A DNA stretch of 64,000 nucleotides, taken from NCBI GenBank assembly GCA_963667785.2, contig CAXXMU010000005.1, positions 320,001 to 384,000 on the forward strand, in the 5' to 3' direction. The stretch is from Alphaproteobacteria bacterium (GTDB taxonomy: Bacteria; Pseudomonadota; Alphaproteobacteria; UBA828). This document shows positions 11,843 through 22,604 of the stretch, in pieces (position 1 is the first letter of the stretch; the number at the start of each line of letters is the position of its first letter). A program made the position numbers and the translations under genes. The notes under the pieces were generated by a model. It was not told where the DNA came from. It ran no database searches and saw only the letters and a program-made list of their open reading frames with translations.

Positions 11843-12496
11843 TTACGGCGCCCAGTAGATCGTGGCAGGGCGCGGCCCGTCGAGGACCAGGCGGACCGGC
11901 GCCTCGGCAGGGCCAGTCGTATTCCGTGCCCCGTCGAGCGCCGCGCGCTTTGCCGCGTCGTGGATCAGCACGAAGCACCGGCCCGCCCCGGTCAGCGCCG
12001 GCGCGGTGAGGGTGATGCGTTCCTCCGGCGCACCGGGGGCGCAGAGCCGCAGCGCCGGCGTGCGGCAGTCCGGCGAGAGCGCCTCGGCCAGGCGCTCGGC
12101 GCCGGGGAAGAGCGAGGCGACGTGCAGATCCTCTCCCATCCCCAGCACGCAGGCATCGAGCGGCAGGAGCGCCGAGAGCGCGCGTACGTCGTCGAGCGCC
12201 ACGAAGCGCGCGGCGCGGGCCGGGCCCGCGAACAGCGTTTCTCCCAGCAGGCGCCGGTTCGAGCGGGGATGGTCGGCGGGAACGCAGCGCTCGTCGGTGA
12301 GCGTCACCGCGACGGACGCCCAGTCGAGCGTCTGGCCGCCGAGCGCGGTGAGGAACGCGGCGGGCGTGGTGCCGCCCGGCACAGCGAGCGCGGCGCGGCC
12401 GGTGTCTCGAATCGCCGCGTCCAGCACCGCTGCGACCTCGCCGGCGAGAAGACGGGCCAGCGCGCGCCCGTCCGCGGCCTCGACGATCTGCGTCAC
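11843..12496 (-). CDS. pgl: 6-phosphogluconolactonase
   Basis: LAVPGGTTP, TDERCVP..HPRSN, LGMGEDLHVASLFP. Lies between zwf and edd. Confidence 0.93.
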   Translation of the reverse strand: MTQIVEAADGRALARLLAGEVAAVLDAAIRDTGRAALAVPGGTTPAAFLTALGGQTLDWASVAVTLTDERCVPADHPRSNRRLLGETLFAGPARAARFVALDDVRALSALLPLDACVLGMGEDLHVASLFPGAERLAEALSPDCRTPALRLCAPGAPEERITLTAPALTGAGRCFVLIHDAAKRAALDGARNTTGPAEAPVRLVLDGPRPATIYWAP

Positions 12497-13956
12497 GCCG
12501 CGACCGCGCGCCAGCGTCGGCCGTCGCGATGCATCAGCATCAGCGCATCTTCGGGGCCTGACGAATAGCTGTCGTAAGCCTGCGGCCGCTCGGGCGCGGC
12601 CTCCGTCGCAGCGATGATCGGATCGATCCAGCGCCAGGCCGCCTCGACCTCGTCGCCGCGCATGAACAGGGTCTGGTCGCCGCGAATCACGTCCATCACC
12701 AGCCGCTCGTAGGCATCCGGCATGCTCAGCCCTTCTGCGCCCAGGGTCTCGGCGAAGGTCATGTCGAGCGGCGCCTCGCAGAGCCGCATGCCGCCGGGGC
12801 CCGGCTCCTTGATGGTCAGTCTGAGCGTGATCCCCTCGTCCGGCTGCAACCTGATCGCCAGCACGTTGGGATGCGTGCCTCCCGCGCTCTCGGGGAAGAT
12901 CGAATGCGGCGCGTCCTTGAAGACGATGGCGATCTCCGACATCCGCGCCCGCAGCCGCTTGCCGGTGCGTAGGTAGAACGGCGCACCGTTCCAGCGCCAG
13001 TTGGCGATCTCCGCCTTGATCGCCACGAAGCTCTCGGTGCGCGATGCGGGGTTCTCCGCATCCTCCGGATAACCCGCCTCGCCATCGATGCCGCGATACT
13101 GGCCCAGTACCACGCAGCCCAGCCCCTCCAGCGGCTTCAGGCTGCGCAGCACCTTGAGCTTCTCGTCGCGCACCGCGTCCGGCTCGAAGTGCGCCGGTGG
13201 CTCCATGGCGATGAGGCAGAGAAGCTGCAGGAGATGGTTCTGCATCATGTCGCGAAGCGCGCCGTTGCGCTCGTAGTAGGCGCCCCGACCGCCGACGCCG
13301 ACCCGCTCGGCGACGGTGATCTGCACGTGGTCGACATGGCGGGCGTTCCAGATGGGCTCGAACAGCGCGTTGGCGAAGCGCAGCGCCATCAGGTTCTGCA
13401 CCGTCTCCTTCCCGAGATAGTGGTCGATCCGGTAGATCTGGCGCTCCGCGAACAGCGTCGCGAGCCGGCGGTTCAGCGCCTGCGCGCTCTCGAGATCGCG
13501 GCCGAACGGCTTCTCGACGACCAGCCGGGTGTCGGGTGTCCGGCAGCCGCTCCGCGCCACCCGTTCGGCGATCGGGCCGAAGAGGTGCGGCACCACCGAG
13601 AGATAGAAGGCCCGCATGCGCGCAGAGCCCTCGAGGCTTGCGGCGAGCGACGCCCAGCCGCCCTCGCCCTCCGCTTCGACGCGCACATAGTCGAGCATGG
13701 CGAGGAAGGCTGCCATCCGGTCGGGATCCGACGCGTCCGTGCCCGCATGCTCCTTCAGCGCCGCCTCGGCCATGCGGCGATAGCCGTCGGCGTCGAGCTC
13801 CCTGCGGCCGACGGCGACGATCCGCGATTCCGGCAACGCCTGGCCGGCGAGCATGCGGCGATAGAGCCCGGGCAGCAGCTTACGCCGCGCGAGATCGCCC
13901 GTGCCGCCGAAGACCACGAGATCGAAGGGATCGACCGGAATGACCCGCGCAACCAT
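12493..13956 (-). CDS. zwf: Glucose-6-phosphate 1-dehydrogenase
   Basis: FGGTGDLARRKL, EKPFG, RIDHYLGKE, YLRTGKR. Confidence 0.97.
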   Translation of the reverse strand: MVARVIPVDPFDLVVFGGTGDLARRKLLPGLYRRMLAGQALPESRIVAVGRRELDADGYRRMAEAALKEHAGTDASDPDRMAAFLAMLDYVRVEAEGEGGWASLAASLEGSARMRAFYLSVVPHLFGPIAERVARSGCRTPDTRLVVEKPFGRDLESAQALNRRLATLFAERQIYRIDHYLGKETVQNLMALRFANALFEPIWNARHVDHVQITVAERVGVGGRGAYYERNGALRDMMQNHLLQLLCLIAMEPPAHFEPDAVRDEKLKVLRSLKPLEGLGCVVLGQYRGIDGEAGYPEDAENPASRTESFVAIKAEIANWRWNGAPFYLRTGKRLRARMSEIAIVFKDAPHSIFPESAGGTHPNVLAIRLQPDEGITLRLTIKEPGPGGMRLCEAPLDMTFAETLGAEGLSMPDAYERLVMDVIRGDQTLFMRGDEVEAAWRWIDPIIAATEAAPERPQAYDSYSSGPEDALMLMHRDGRRWRAVAA

Positions 13957-14030
13957 GCTCAGTCCACCTCAGTTGAGGGCGGCATCGATAGACGTACTCC
14001 GCTGCCCCGACCGATCAAGTGGGCATGCGG

Positions 14031-14957
14031 TCAAAGCTCATGCCGCCACGGCGGGTTCGCCCCGGCGCGGGAGACGGTGATCGCGGCAACCCGGGCGCCG
14101 AAGCGCAAGGCGTCGCGCATCCGATCCGGATCGATGGCGGCGAGCGACCCCTTGATGAGCAGTCCGAGTTCCGCGAGCTTGGCCAGCACGCCCGCATTGA
14201 ACGTATCGCCCGCGCCGATCGTGTCGACGACATCGACGCGGTCGACCGGGACCGAGACCTCGGTGCCGTCCTTCAGGAAGGCGGTAGCGCCGGCGCCGCT
14301 CCGCGTCAGGATCACGACGGGCGGCCCGGCCTGGCGGACGAATTCCAGCTTCTCGAACAGCGATTGCGGGCCGGGGTAGATCCAGTTCAAGTCCTCGTCA
14401 GAGACTTTCACGATGTCCGACAGCGCGATCATCCGATCCAGACGGTCGCGATAGCGCCTGATGTCCCGGATGAAGCCGGGGCGGATGTTGGGATCGAGCA
14501 TGACGACGCGGGCCGCAGCTTCGCGCTTGAGAAGCGCAGCGTAGGCCTCGGCGCCGGGCTCGAAGACCAGGCTGATGCCACCGAAGTAGAGCGTGCTGAC
14601 CTCGCCGGGCAGCGGCGGCATGTCGGCCCGGTCGAGCATCCGTCCGGCCGAGTTCTCGTCGTAGAACAGGTAGGAGGCATGGCCATCCGTAAGCTGGACG
14701 AAGGCGAGCGTGGTGGGACGGCCGGACGTGACGACGAGCGACGTGTCGACATGGTTGGCATGAAGGGACGCGGTCAATTGCTGGCCGAACAGATCGCTGG
14801 AAAGTCCGGTCAGCATGCCTGTCTGCACGCCCAGCCGCCCAAGAGCGATCGCGGTGTTGAAGACTGCGCCGCCGACGTGCGGCACATAACCCTCCTGCCC
14901 TGACGCGGTCGGCGTCGGGATCATGTCGATCAGGGCTTCACCACAGCAAAGCAGCAT
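14031..14957 (-). CDS. PfkB-family carbohydrate kinase (probable fructokinase)
   Basis: CGEALID, GGAVFNTA, DPNIRP, DTIGAGDTFNAG. Follows mannitol dehydrogenase. Confidence 0.88.
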   Translation of the reverse strand: MLLCCGEALIDMIPTPTASGQEGYVPHVGGAVFNTAIALGRLGVQTGMLTGLSSDLFGQQLTASLHANHVDTSLVVTSGRPTTLAFVQLTDGHASYLFYDENSAGRMLDRADMPPLPGEVSTLYFGGISLVFEPGAEAYAALLKREAAARVVMLDPNIRPGFIRDIRRYRDRLDRMIALSDIVKVSDEDLNWIYPGPQSLFEKLEFVRQAGPPVVILTRSGAGATAFLKDGTEVSVPVDRVDVVDTIGAGDTFNAGVLAKLAELGLLIKGSLAAIDPDRMRDALRFGARVAAITVSRAGANPPWRHEL

Positions 14958-14961
14958 CAGA

Positions 14962-16449
14962 TCACGCCTCCACGCCGTCGAAGAACCGGTGCAGGGCTTC
15001 CCGCAGGCCCCTGGATGTTACTTCTTCGAGCTGCCGCGCGAAGGCTTCCTCCAACCGCTTGCTTTGGCCGAGGTCGCCGAAGACTTCGGAGAGGCCGAGG
15101 AACGCCGTTGGGTCGCTCCGCGCGGCGCGGGCTGCAGAGGTCAGCTGGTCGCTCCTCTGGTCTTGCAAGGCGATCCCGCAGTCGGCGGCGGTGGCGCATA
15201 GGCGGCTCCAGAACGCGATCTCGAGTGCCAACCCGTCGATCGGCGCCCCCCGCTCCAGGGCGTCCGAGACCGTGGGCAGGACGAACTTCGGCAGCCGATT
15301 CGAGGCGTCCTGGCAGAGCCGCGCGATGGTGTCGCCGAGCGCTGGGTTCGAGAAGCGCCGGGCGCAGGTCGTCAGGTAGTCGTCGAAGTCGAGGCCGGAA
15401 ATCGGCGTGAGCACCGGAATGACCTCGCGGCGCATCAACTGCATCATCCAGTGCGCGATGTCCTTATCGTCCATGGCGTCGTGAACGGCCTCGTAGCCGA
15501 GCAGGGCCGACGGATAGGCGATTGCCATGTGGCTCGCGTTGAGGATGCGGAGCTTCATGGTCTCATATGGCGTGACGTCGTCGACGAATTGCACGCCGAC
15601 ATGCTCCAGCGCCGGGCGGCCCTCGGGGAAGTTGTCCTCGATCACCCACTGCCTGAAGGGCTCGCAGACGACAGGGGCGGCATCGTCCAGCCCGAAGCGC
15701 TCCGCCACCAGCTCGCGCTCGCGCTCCGATGTGGCGGGCGTGATGCAATCGACCATCGCGTTCGGAAAGGCGACGTTCGCGGCAATCCAGTCGTGCAGGT
15801 CGCCTGAGACCAGGCCTGCGAGGCCGAGCACGGTCCGGCGGGTGACATCCCCGTTGTGCGGAACGTTGTCACAGGAGAGCACGGTGAACGGCGCAATCTT
15901 TCGCGCCCGGCGCCGTTCGAGAGCCGCGAGCAGCACGCCGAACACGGTCTGCGGATCGCCGGGATGCTCCACGTCGTGGCGGATTTCCGGATGCTCCGCA
16001 TCGAAACCGCCGGTCGTCGCATCGATAAAGTATCCGCCCTCGGTGATCGTCAGCGAGACGATGCGGATCGCCGGGTCGGTCAGGCGGGCGATGATCGCCC
16101 CTGCCCGCACCTCGCAGAAATCGACCATCGAGCCCGTGATGCGCGCCGAGGACCCGTCGGCGCTGAGGTCGACCACCGTCGTGAGCCAGTCCTGTGCTTC
16201 AAGCCGGCGCCGTTGCTCCGCGTCATAGGACTTCATCCCGGCACCGACGACTGCCCAGTCGAGATCGCGGCCCTGCTCGAAGAGCCTGTCCAGGTAGATC
16301 ATCTGGTGGGAGCGATGGAAGTTGCCGACACCGATATGAAGGATGCCGGGGCTCAGCGATGACCGCTCGTAGCGAGGGCCGGCGACGCTGCCGGGCAGAC
16401 GGTCGAGAGTGGCGAGGGAGAGTTTCACAGGTTTGACCACACTATTCAT
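14962..16449 (-). CDS. mtlK: Mannitol 2-dehydrogenase
   Basis: HIGVGNFHRSHQ, TITEGGY, SCDN, FPNAMVDCITP, KLRILNASH. Confidence 0.88.
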   Translation of the reverse strand: MNSVVKPVKLSLATLDRLPGSVAGPRYERSSLSPGILHIGVGNFHRSHQMIYLDRLFEQGRDLDWAVVGAGMKSYDAEQRRRLEAQDWLTTVVDLSADGSSARITGSMVDFCEVRAGAIIARLTDPAIRIVSLTITEGGYFIDATTGGFDAEHPEIRHDVEHPGDPQTVFGVLLAALERRRARKIAPFTVLSCDNVPHNGDVTRRTVLGLAGLVSGDLHDWIAANVAFPNAMVDCITPATSERERELVAERFGLDDAAPVVCEPFRQWVIEDNFPEGRPALEHVGVQFVDDVTPYETMKLRILNASHMAIAYPSALLGYEAVHDAMDDKDIAHWMMQLMRREVIPVLTPISGLDFDDYLTTCARRFSNPALGDTIARLCQDASNRLPKFVLPTVSDALERGAPIDGLALEIAFWSRLCATAADCGIALQDQRSDQLTSAARAARSDPTAFLGLSEVFGDLGQSKRLEEAFARQLEEVTSRGLREALHRFFDGVEA

Positions 16450-16567
16450 TCTTGTTGTCCGCGCCGCTGGTTGTGGGTGACGCGGCACGCCGCGTACGAG
16501 GAGATGAGTGAAGCCGTTCCGCTCAGGCCCTGCAGCGTGAACGGCGCCGTTTTTCCGTCCCTGCCGG

Positions 16568-17572
16568 TCATTCGATCCGCAGGCCTGCGGCGTCGAATCG
16601 ATGGAGCTTGGCCGGATCGGGGGTCAGGTAGACGGTATCGCCGTGGCCCGCGCCGTACTCGCCCCCGGCGCGGACGGTAAGCGTTCCCGAGCCATCCGAA
16701 AGATGCACGTAGAGGAAGGTGTCCGAGCCCAGATGCTCGGCGACGCCGACCGTGCCCTGCCAGGCTCCGTCGGTGGTCGAGATCGTCAGGTGCTCCGGGC
16801 GGATGCCGATGCTGTGCGCGCCGCGCCGGGCCGCTTCCTCGCCGTTGACGAAGTTCATCGTGGGCGAGCCGATGAAGCCCGCCACGAACCTGTTGCGCGG
16901 CGCGCTGTAGAGCTCCATGGGGCTCCCCACCTGCTCGATCACGCCCTCCTGCAGCACGACGATCTTCTCGGCCATGGTCATGGCCTCGACCTGATCGTGG
17001 GTGACGTAGACCATGGTGGTCTCGAGGCTCTGGTGCAGCTCGGAGATCTCGAGCCGCATGTTCACGCGGAGCGCCGCGTCGAGATTCGAGAGCGGCTCGT
17101 CGAACAGAAATGCGGTCGGGTCACGGACGATGGCCCGGCCGATGGCGACCCGCTGGCGCTGCCCGCCGGAGAGCTGACGGGGGCGGCGGTCGAGGTACTC
17201 GGTCAGGTTGAGAACCCTGGCCGCCTCCTCGACCTTCCTCATTTGCTCGTCCTTGCCGAGCCCCGCCATGCGCAGCGGAAAGGCGATGTTCTTGCGCACC
17301 GACATGTGCGGGTAGAGCGCGTAGGACTGGAACACCATGGCCAGGCGCCGCTTGGCCGGAGGCACGGCGGTGGCGTCCGCCCCGTCGATCTCGATGCGGC
17401 CGGAGGTGACGTCCTCGAGGCCTGCGATCAGCCGCAGGAGGGTGGACTTGCCGCAGCCCGACGGGCCGACGAAGACCACGAATTCACCGTCGGAAATCTC
17501 CAGGTCCAGCGGCCGGATCACCTCCACGTCGCCGAAGCTCTTGGAAACTGCGTCCAGTCGTATCTGGCCCAT
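16568..17572 (-). CDS. smoK: Polyol ABC transporter ATPase
   Basis: Walker [17 protein letters not shown] signature, position in the smo operon. Confidence 0.85.
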   Translation of the reverse strand: MGQIRLDAVSKSFGDVEVIRPLDLEISDGEFVVFVGPSGCGKSTLLRLIAGLEDVTSGRIEIDGADATAVPPAKRRLAMVFQSYALYPHMSVRKNIAFPLRMAGLGKDEQMRKVEEAARVLNLTEYLDRRPRQLSGGQRQRVAIGRAIVRDPTAFLFDEPLSNLDAALRVNMRLEISELHQSLETTMVYVTHDQVEAMTMAEKIVVLQEGVIEQVGSPMELYSAPRNRFVAGFIGSPTMNFVNGEEAARRGAHSIGIRPEHLTISTTDGAWQGTVGVAEHLGSDTFLYVHLSDGSGTLTVRAGGEYGAGHGDTVYLTPDPAKLHRFDAAGLRIE

Positions 17573-17582
17573 GCCGGGTCTC

Positions 17583-18413
17583 CTATTTCACCGCGCCGAA
17601 GGTGAGCCCGCGCACGAGCTGCCTCTGGCTGAACCAGCCCATGATCAGGATGGGTGCGATGGCGAGGGTGCTGGCGGCGCTCAACTTGGCGTAGAACAGG
17701 CCTTCGGGGCTCGAGTAGGCGGCGATGAAGGCCGTCAGCGGCGCCGCCTTGGCGGCGGTCAGGTTCAGGGTCCAGAACGCCTCGTTCCAGGCGAGGATGA
17801 TGTTCAGAAGCAGGGTCGAGGCGATGCCGGGCACCGCCATCGGCATCAGGACGTGGATGATTTCCGAACGCAGCGTGGCGCCGTCCATCCGCGCGGCTTC
17901 CAGGATGTCGACGGGAATCTCCCTGAAGTAGGTGTAGAGCATCCAGACGATGATCGGCAGGTTGATGAGGGTGAGCACGATCACCAGCCCGGCTTGCGTG
18001 TCGAGCAATCCGACGTCCCGGAAGATCAGGTAGATCGGGACCAGAACGCCCACCGGCGGCAGCATCTTGGTGGACAGCATCCACATCAGGACGTGCTTGG
18101 TGCGCTTCGTGGGGACGAAGGCCATCGACCAGGCCGCCGGGATCGCGATGATCAGCCCTAGCGCTGTGGAGCCGAGCGAGATGATCACCGAGTTCAGGAA
18201 GTGCCGGAAATAGTCCGAGCGCTCCTGAACGATGGCGAAGTTCTCCAGCGTCCAGTCGAACAGGACGAAGCTGGGAGGCGAGGCGATCGCCTCGGCTTCT
18301 GTCTTGAAGCTGGTCAGGATCGTCCAGAGGATCGGGAAGAAGATCGCCAGCCCGATGATCCAGGCGACGGCCGTTACGGTGGCCTTGCGGGCGGGTGTGA
18401 CGTTGCGCGCCAT
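17583..18413 (-). CDS. smoG: Polyol ABC permease
   Basis: Multiple TM segments, [26 protein letters not shown]. Confidence 0.85.
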   Translation of the reverse strand: MARNVTPARKATVTAVAWIIGLAIFFPILWTILTSFKTEAEAIASPPSFVLFDWTLENFAIVQERSDYFRHFLNSVIISLGSTALGLIIAIPAAWSMAFVPTKRTKHVLMWMLSTKMLPPVGVLVPIYLIFRDVGLLDTQAGLVIVLTLINLPIIVWMLYTYFREIPVDILEAARMDGATLRSEIIHVLMPMAVPGIASTLLLNIILAWNEAFWTLNLTAAKAAPLTAFIAAYSSPEGLFYAKLSAASTLAIAPILIMGWFSQRQLVRGLTFGAVK

Positions 18414-18431
18414 GTCGCGATCCCCCTCCCC

Positions 18432-19304
18432 TCAGGCATCCAGATTCTTGCCGATCATCCGCATCAGGAAGATCGCGACGATGTTGGCCAGGATGATGGC
18501 GATGATCCCGCCGGCGGCTCCGCCGCCCACGTCGAAGTGCAGGAGCGACTGGGCGTAGATCAGGAAGGTCAGGTTGGTGGAAGCCGTGCCGGGGCCGCCG
18601 TTCGTTGTCACCAGGATCTCGGCGAAGATCGACAGCAGGAAGATCGTCTGGATCAGGATCACCACGGTGATCGCGCGCGCGAGGTGCGGCAGCACGATGA
18701 AGAGGAAGCGGTTCCAGTAGTTCGCGCCGTCCATCTCCGAGGCTTCGAGCTGCTCGCTGTCGAGAGACTGCAGGGCGGTCAGCAGGATCAGGGTGGCGAA
18801 CGGCAGCCACTGCCAGCTCACCATCAGGATGATCGAGAAGAGCGGCGCGTGCGCCAGGAAGTCGAACGGCTCGAGCCCGAGCCCCTTGGCGGCGTGCGCG
18901 AACAGGCCTGAGACCGGGTTCATGAACATGTTCTTCCACACCAGGGCAGACACTGTCGGCATGATGAAGAAGGGCGCGATCACCAGGACGCGGACGATCC
19001 CCCGGCCCCAGAAGGGCTGATCGAGCAGCAGCGCCAGCAGCACGCCGCCGATGACGGTGATCGCGAGGACGCCGCCGACGAGCACCAGGGTGTTCCGGAG
19101 TGCGTCGAAGAAGGCCGGGTCGGTGAGGAAGAAGCGGTAGTTGGTCAGGCCGGTCCATTGTTCCATGCCCGGCATGAGCAGGTTGTAGCGCAGGAGCGAG
19201 AAATAGACCGTGAGCCCGAGCGGAATGAGCATCCAGCCCAGCAGCAGCAGGACCGCGGGAGAGATCATCAGCCGCGCATGCACTCGGGAGTGTTGCGTCG
19301 GCAT
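18432..19304 (-). CDS. smoF: Polyol ABC permease
   Basis: Multiple TM segments, WQWLPFA, EASEMDGA, TTNGGPG. Confidence 0.85.
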   Translation of the reverse strand: MPTQHSRVHARLMISPAVLLLLGWMLIPLGLTVYFSLLRYNLLMPGMEQWTGLTNYRFFLTDPAFFDALRNTLVLVGGVLAITVIGGVLLALLLDQPFWGRGIVRVLVIAPFFIMPTVSALVWKNMFMNPVSGLFAHAAKGLGLEPFDFLAHAPLFSIILMVSWQWLPFATLILLTALQSLDSEQLEASEMDGANYWNRFLFIVLPHLARAITVVILIQTIFLLSIFAEILVTTNGGPGTASTNLTFLIYAQSLLHFDVGGGAAGGIIAIILANIVAIFLMRMIGKNLDA

Positions 19305-19330
19305 GGATCGGGCCTCCCGATTGCGTCGGG

Positions 19331-19364
19331 TTCGGTGGGGGCCGGCCCGCCGGCCCCCACCGAA
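19331..19364 (-). terminator. GC-rich hairpin between smoE and smoF (mRNA-stabilising or attenuating)
   Basis: ttcggtgggggccgg / ccggcccccaccgaa perfect 15-bp inverted repeat with no U-tract. Confidence 0.6.
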
Positions 19365-19378
19365 ACAAGAGGCTCAGC

Positions 19379-20692
19379 CTAGTTGATGTAACCCGCCTTG
19401 GTCATTTCCCGGACCGTGAGGGCCTGCGCGTTAGCCAGCGCCTCCTCGGCGGTCACCGTCCCGGCAAGCGCGGCCGAGAACTGCTGGCCGACGGCGGTGG
19501 CGATGCCCTGGAACTCCGGGATCGCAACGAACTGCACGCCGACGTACGGCACCGGATCGACCGCCGGGTTCGTCGGATCCGCCGAATTGATGCTGTCCAG
19601 CGTCATCTTGGCGAACGGAACCTTGGCGTATTCCGCGTTCTCGTAGAGCGAGGTGCGGGTGCCCGGCGGCACGTTCGCCCAGCCCTCCTTCGAGGCGACC
19701 AGCTCCAGATAGTCCTTCGACGTCGCCCAGGCGATGAACTTCTTCGCGGCTTCGACCTTCTCGGAGCCAGCCGGGATCGCCAGCGACCAGGCCCAGAGCC
19801 AGTTGCTGCGCTTGCCGAGCCCGTTGTCGGGGGCCAGCGCGAAGCCGACCTTGTCGTGCACGGTCGAGTCCTTCGGATTGGTCACGAACGAAGCGGCGAC
19901 GGTGGCGTCGATCCACATGCCGCACTTGCCGGTCTGGAACAGCGCGAGGTTCTCGTTGAACCCGTTGGAGGAGGCGCCGGGAGGGCCCGCGTCGGCCATA
20001 AGACCGAGGTAGAAGGTCAGCGTGTCCGACCACGCCTGGCTGTCGAACTGCGGGTTCCAGTCCTCGTCGAACCAGCGCGCGCCGAAGCTGTTGGAGGTGG
20101 CCGTGATGAAGGCCGCGTTCTCGCCCCAGCCGGCCTTGCCGCGCAGGCAGACGCCGTAGATCTCGTTGTCCTTGTCGGTCATGGCGCGGGCGGCCTGGGC
20201 GATGAAGTCCCAGGTGGGAGCATCCGGCATCTCGAGCCCGGCCTTCTCCATGAGGTCGGTGCGGTACATCACCATCGAGCTCTCGCCGTAAAAAGGCGAC
20301 GCATAGAGCTCGCCATCCACGGTGAGGCCGCCGCGGATCGCTGGCAGCAGGTCGTCGATGTCATAGCTCTCCGGCAGGTCGTTCAAGCCGACCAGCCAGC
20401 CCTGCTTGCCCCAGATCGGAACCTCGTAGGTGCCGATGGTCATGATGTCGTACTGGCCGCCCTTGGTGGCGATGTCGGTGGTGACACGCTGGCGCAGGAT
20501 GTTCTCCTCCAGCGTCACCCACTCCAGTTCGATGCCCGGGTTCTTGCTGGTAAAGTCGTCGGTCAGACCCTGCATGCGGATCATGTCGCCATTGTTGACC
20601 GTGGCGATCGTCAGCGTCTCGGCCGCCGCCGCGGTCGCCAAGAGGCACGTGGCGGCAACGGCGCCCATCAGGGCACTAAGCTTGATCTTCAT
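19379..20692 (-). CDS. smoE: Sorbitol/mannitol ABC substrate-binding protein
   Basis: Signal peptide, ETLTIATVNNGDMIRMQ, PVPYVGVQFVAIPEFQ. Confidence 0.9.
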   Translation of the reverse strand: MKIKLSALMGAVAATCLLATAAAAETLTIATVNNGDMIRMQGLTDDFTSKNPGIELEWVTLEENILRQRVTTDIATKGGQYDIMTIGTYEVPIWGKQGWLVGLNDLPESYDIDDLLPAIRGGLTVDGELYASPFYGESSMVMYRTDLMEKAGLEMPDAPTWDFIAQAARAMTDKDNEIYGVCLRGKAGWGENAAFITATSNSFGARWFDEDWNPQFDSQAWSDTLTFYLGLMADAGPPGASSNGFNENLALFQTGKCGMWIDATVAASFVTNPKDSTVHDKVGFALAPDNGLGKRSNWLWAWSLAIPAGSEKVEAAKKFIAWATSKDYLELVASKEGWANVPPGTRTSLYENAEYAKVPFAKMTLDSINSADPTNPAVDPVPYVGVQFVAIPEFQGIATAVGQQFSAALAGTVTAEEALANAQALTVREMTKAGYIN

Positions 20693-20714
20693 CGCATTCT
20701 CTCCATGCTCGCTC

Positions 20715-20782
20715 TGAGCAATTGCTATTGATCCGGGCAAATACTCATTCAGAAGATTCCTAGAGTCAACGCCAAATGCTCC
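20715..20782. promoter_or_regulatory. Putative SmoC operator sites and smoE promoter
   Basis: Related near-palindromes tgagcaattgctat (20715), cgggcaaatactca (20734) and cgccaaatgctcc (20770). TTGACT on the minus strand at 20764-20769. Confidence 0.5.
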
Positions 20783-20833
20783 CCGCACGGCGGTGAGCAG
20801 AGATAGTTGTTTCAATCCAATATGTTAAGGTGT

Positions 20834-21787
20834 TCAGGCCTGCGCCAGAACGGCCTCGGCCGTCGCTTCGTCGGTCACCAGCGCATTGATGAGCCGGCCG
20901 CGCATTGCCCCCAGAATCGCTGCGACCTTGAGTTCGCCGACAGCCAGCCCGATCACCGGGCGCGGGTTCGCGGGCAGCAGCGGCGCGCTCGAAACCCGAT
21001 CGTTGGTCAGGCCTTCGATCAGCCTGCCCTCGGAATCGAAGACCCAGCCGACGATCTCGCCGGCCGCGCCTACGCGGATGAGTGCCCGGCTTTCTTCATG
21101 GGTGATGAAGCCGTCCACCGTGAGCGGCGCCGAGCCGTCGATATGGCCGATCCCGACGAAGGTCGCGTCGGCGTCGGCGCACAGCCCCAACGTCTTCGCC
21201 ACTGGCTCCTGGCTGTGCAGGATGGGGAGCTCCGCCGGCTTGCGCACCAGCACGGGGAGCGGCATCGGGTTGTGCCGCCCGCCCACACGCTCGGCCATGC
21301 GCACGACCACGTTGTAGGCGGTGGCGGAGCCGTCGGGCATCGTGTTGCCGACCAGCGACACGAGATGATGCTGCGGGCAGTCCATCGACGGCAGTTGCTC
21401 GACGCAGGCGCGCAGGACGCGCCCCGTCCCCACCGCGATGACCCTGGGCGTCTTCGTATCGAGATGCCTCTGCATCTCGGCAGCGCCGGCGATGGCGATG
21501 CCGGCGATCGATTCGGGTGCGGCCGGGTCCGAAGGCACGATCTCGCAGGACTGCAGGCCGAAGCGCTCGCATAGCTGGCTCGAAAGCTCCATGCAGCGCG
21601 CGATGGGGTGATCCAGCCGGAACTTGATCAGCTTCTCGCTGACCGCCAGCGACACCAGCCTCTGCGCCGACTGCCGCGACACGCCCAGCTTCTGGGCGAT
21701 TTCGTCCTGGGTGTTGCCCGCGACGTAGTAGAGCCATCCGGCCCGGGCCGCGTCGTCCAGACGGTTGCCGCCGTTGGTCCTGGCCAT
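20834..21787 (-). CDS. smoC: SorC/DeoR sugar-binding transcriptional regulator
   Basis: AARAGWLYYVAGNTQDEIAQKLGVSRQSAQRL HTH, and INALVTDE at the end of the sugar-binding domain. Confidence 0.85.
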   Translation of the reverse strand: MARTNGGNRLDDAARAGWLYYVAGNTQDEIAQKLGVSRQSAQRLVSLAVSEKLIKFRLDHPIARCMELSSQLCERFGLQSCEIVPSDPAAPESIAGIAIAGAAEMQRHLDTKTPRVIAVGTGRVLRACVEQLPSMDCPQHHLVSLVGNTMPDGSATAYNVVVRMAERVGGRHNPMPLPVLVRKPAELPILHSQEPVAKTLGLCADADATFVGIGHIDGSAPLTVDGFITHEESRALIRVGAAGEIVGWVFDSEGRLIEGLTNDRVSSAPLLPANPRPVIGLAVGELKVAAILGAMRGRLINALVTDEATAEAVLAQA

Positions 21788-21797
21788 GGTCGCCCTG

Positions 21798-22478
21798 TCA
21801 CATCCTCAGCTCGGGCGCCAATACGTAAAACCGGTCCCAGTCGTCAAAAACCGTCACGTCCGCAGGTGTCTCGGCGCGCGCCCGCGCGGCATCGGCGATG
21901 TGCGATGCGCCCACGTAGCGCCAGACATTCATGCCGGCGGCCAGCCCCGCTTCGATCCCTGCCACACTGTCCTCGATCACCAGGCAACGCTCCGGCGGCG
22001 TCGCCATCTCGCGGGCGGCGAACAGGAAGAGGTCCGGCGCCGGCTTTCCGTTCGCAACCTGAGAGGCCGTGAAGACATCGGTGCCGAAATGGTCGGTGAG
22101 CCCAATGGCTTCCAGTGTATGGGCCACACGGGGCGCGCTTGAGCTGGTCGCGACGCAAGCGGGGCAGGTCAACTGCCCCAGCACGTCGAGAAACCCGGGC
22201 GTGGTTTGCAGGCTGTCCGCGAAGGCCTGTCTAAGCGCCGCACGGTAGTCGCTCACGAACGTAGGGGGCAGCGCAATCCCGAAGCGCTCGCCGATGATGT
22301 CGGCCACGACGGGGAAGCTCTTGCCGACGAAGTGGCGAAAGACGTACTCGGCGTCGATGCGAATGTCGTGGGCCAGGAGCTGCCGGACCAGGAGATTTGC
22401 GCTGATGACCTCGCTGTCGGCGATGACTCCATCGCAGTCGAATATGACCAGATCGACACTCCGCAATGCATCGGCCAC
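21798..22478 (-). CDS. HAD-family phosphatase
   Basis: IFDCDGVIADSE, GKPAPDLF, IEDSVAG. Confidence 0.9.
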   Translation of the reverse strand: MADALRSVDLVIFDCDGVIADSEVISANLLVRQLLAHDIRIDAEYVFRHFVGKSFPVVADIIGERFGIALPPTFVSDYRAALRQAFADSLQTTPGFLDVLGQLTCPACVATSSSAPRVAHTLEAIGLTDHFGTDVFTASQVANGKPAPDLFLFAAREMATPPERCLVIEDSVAGIEAGLAAGMNVWRYVGASHIADAARARAETPADVTVFDDWDRFYVLAPELRM

Positions 22479-22604
22479 CCGGCTGCTCCCGTCGCGGCAA
22501 CGAAACCTTCCACGGCGTGGGTTCCTTGACAAGCGCGAGGGGAATCGGGGTTCGTCCGCGGGACGCATGACCCGAACACGATGCCCGGACGCCCCTGCTC
22601 GGTC

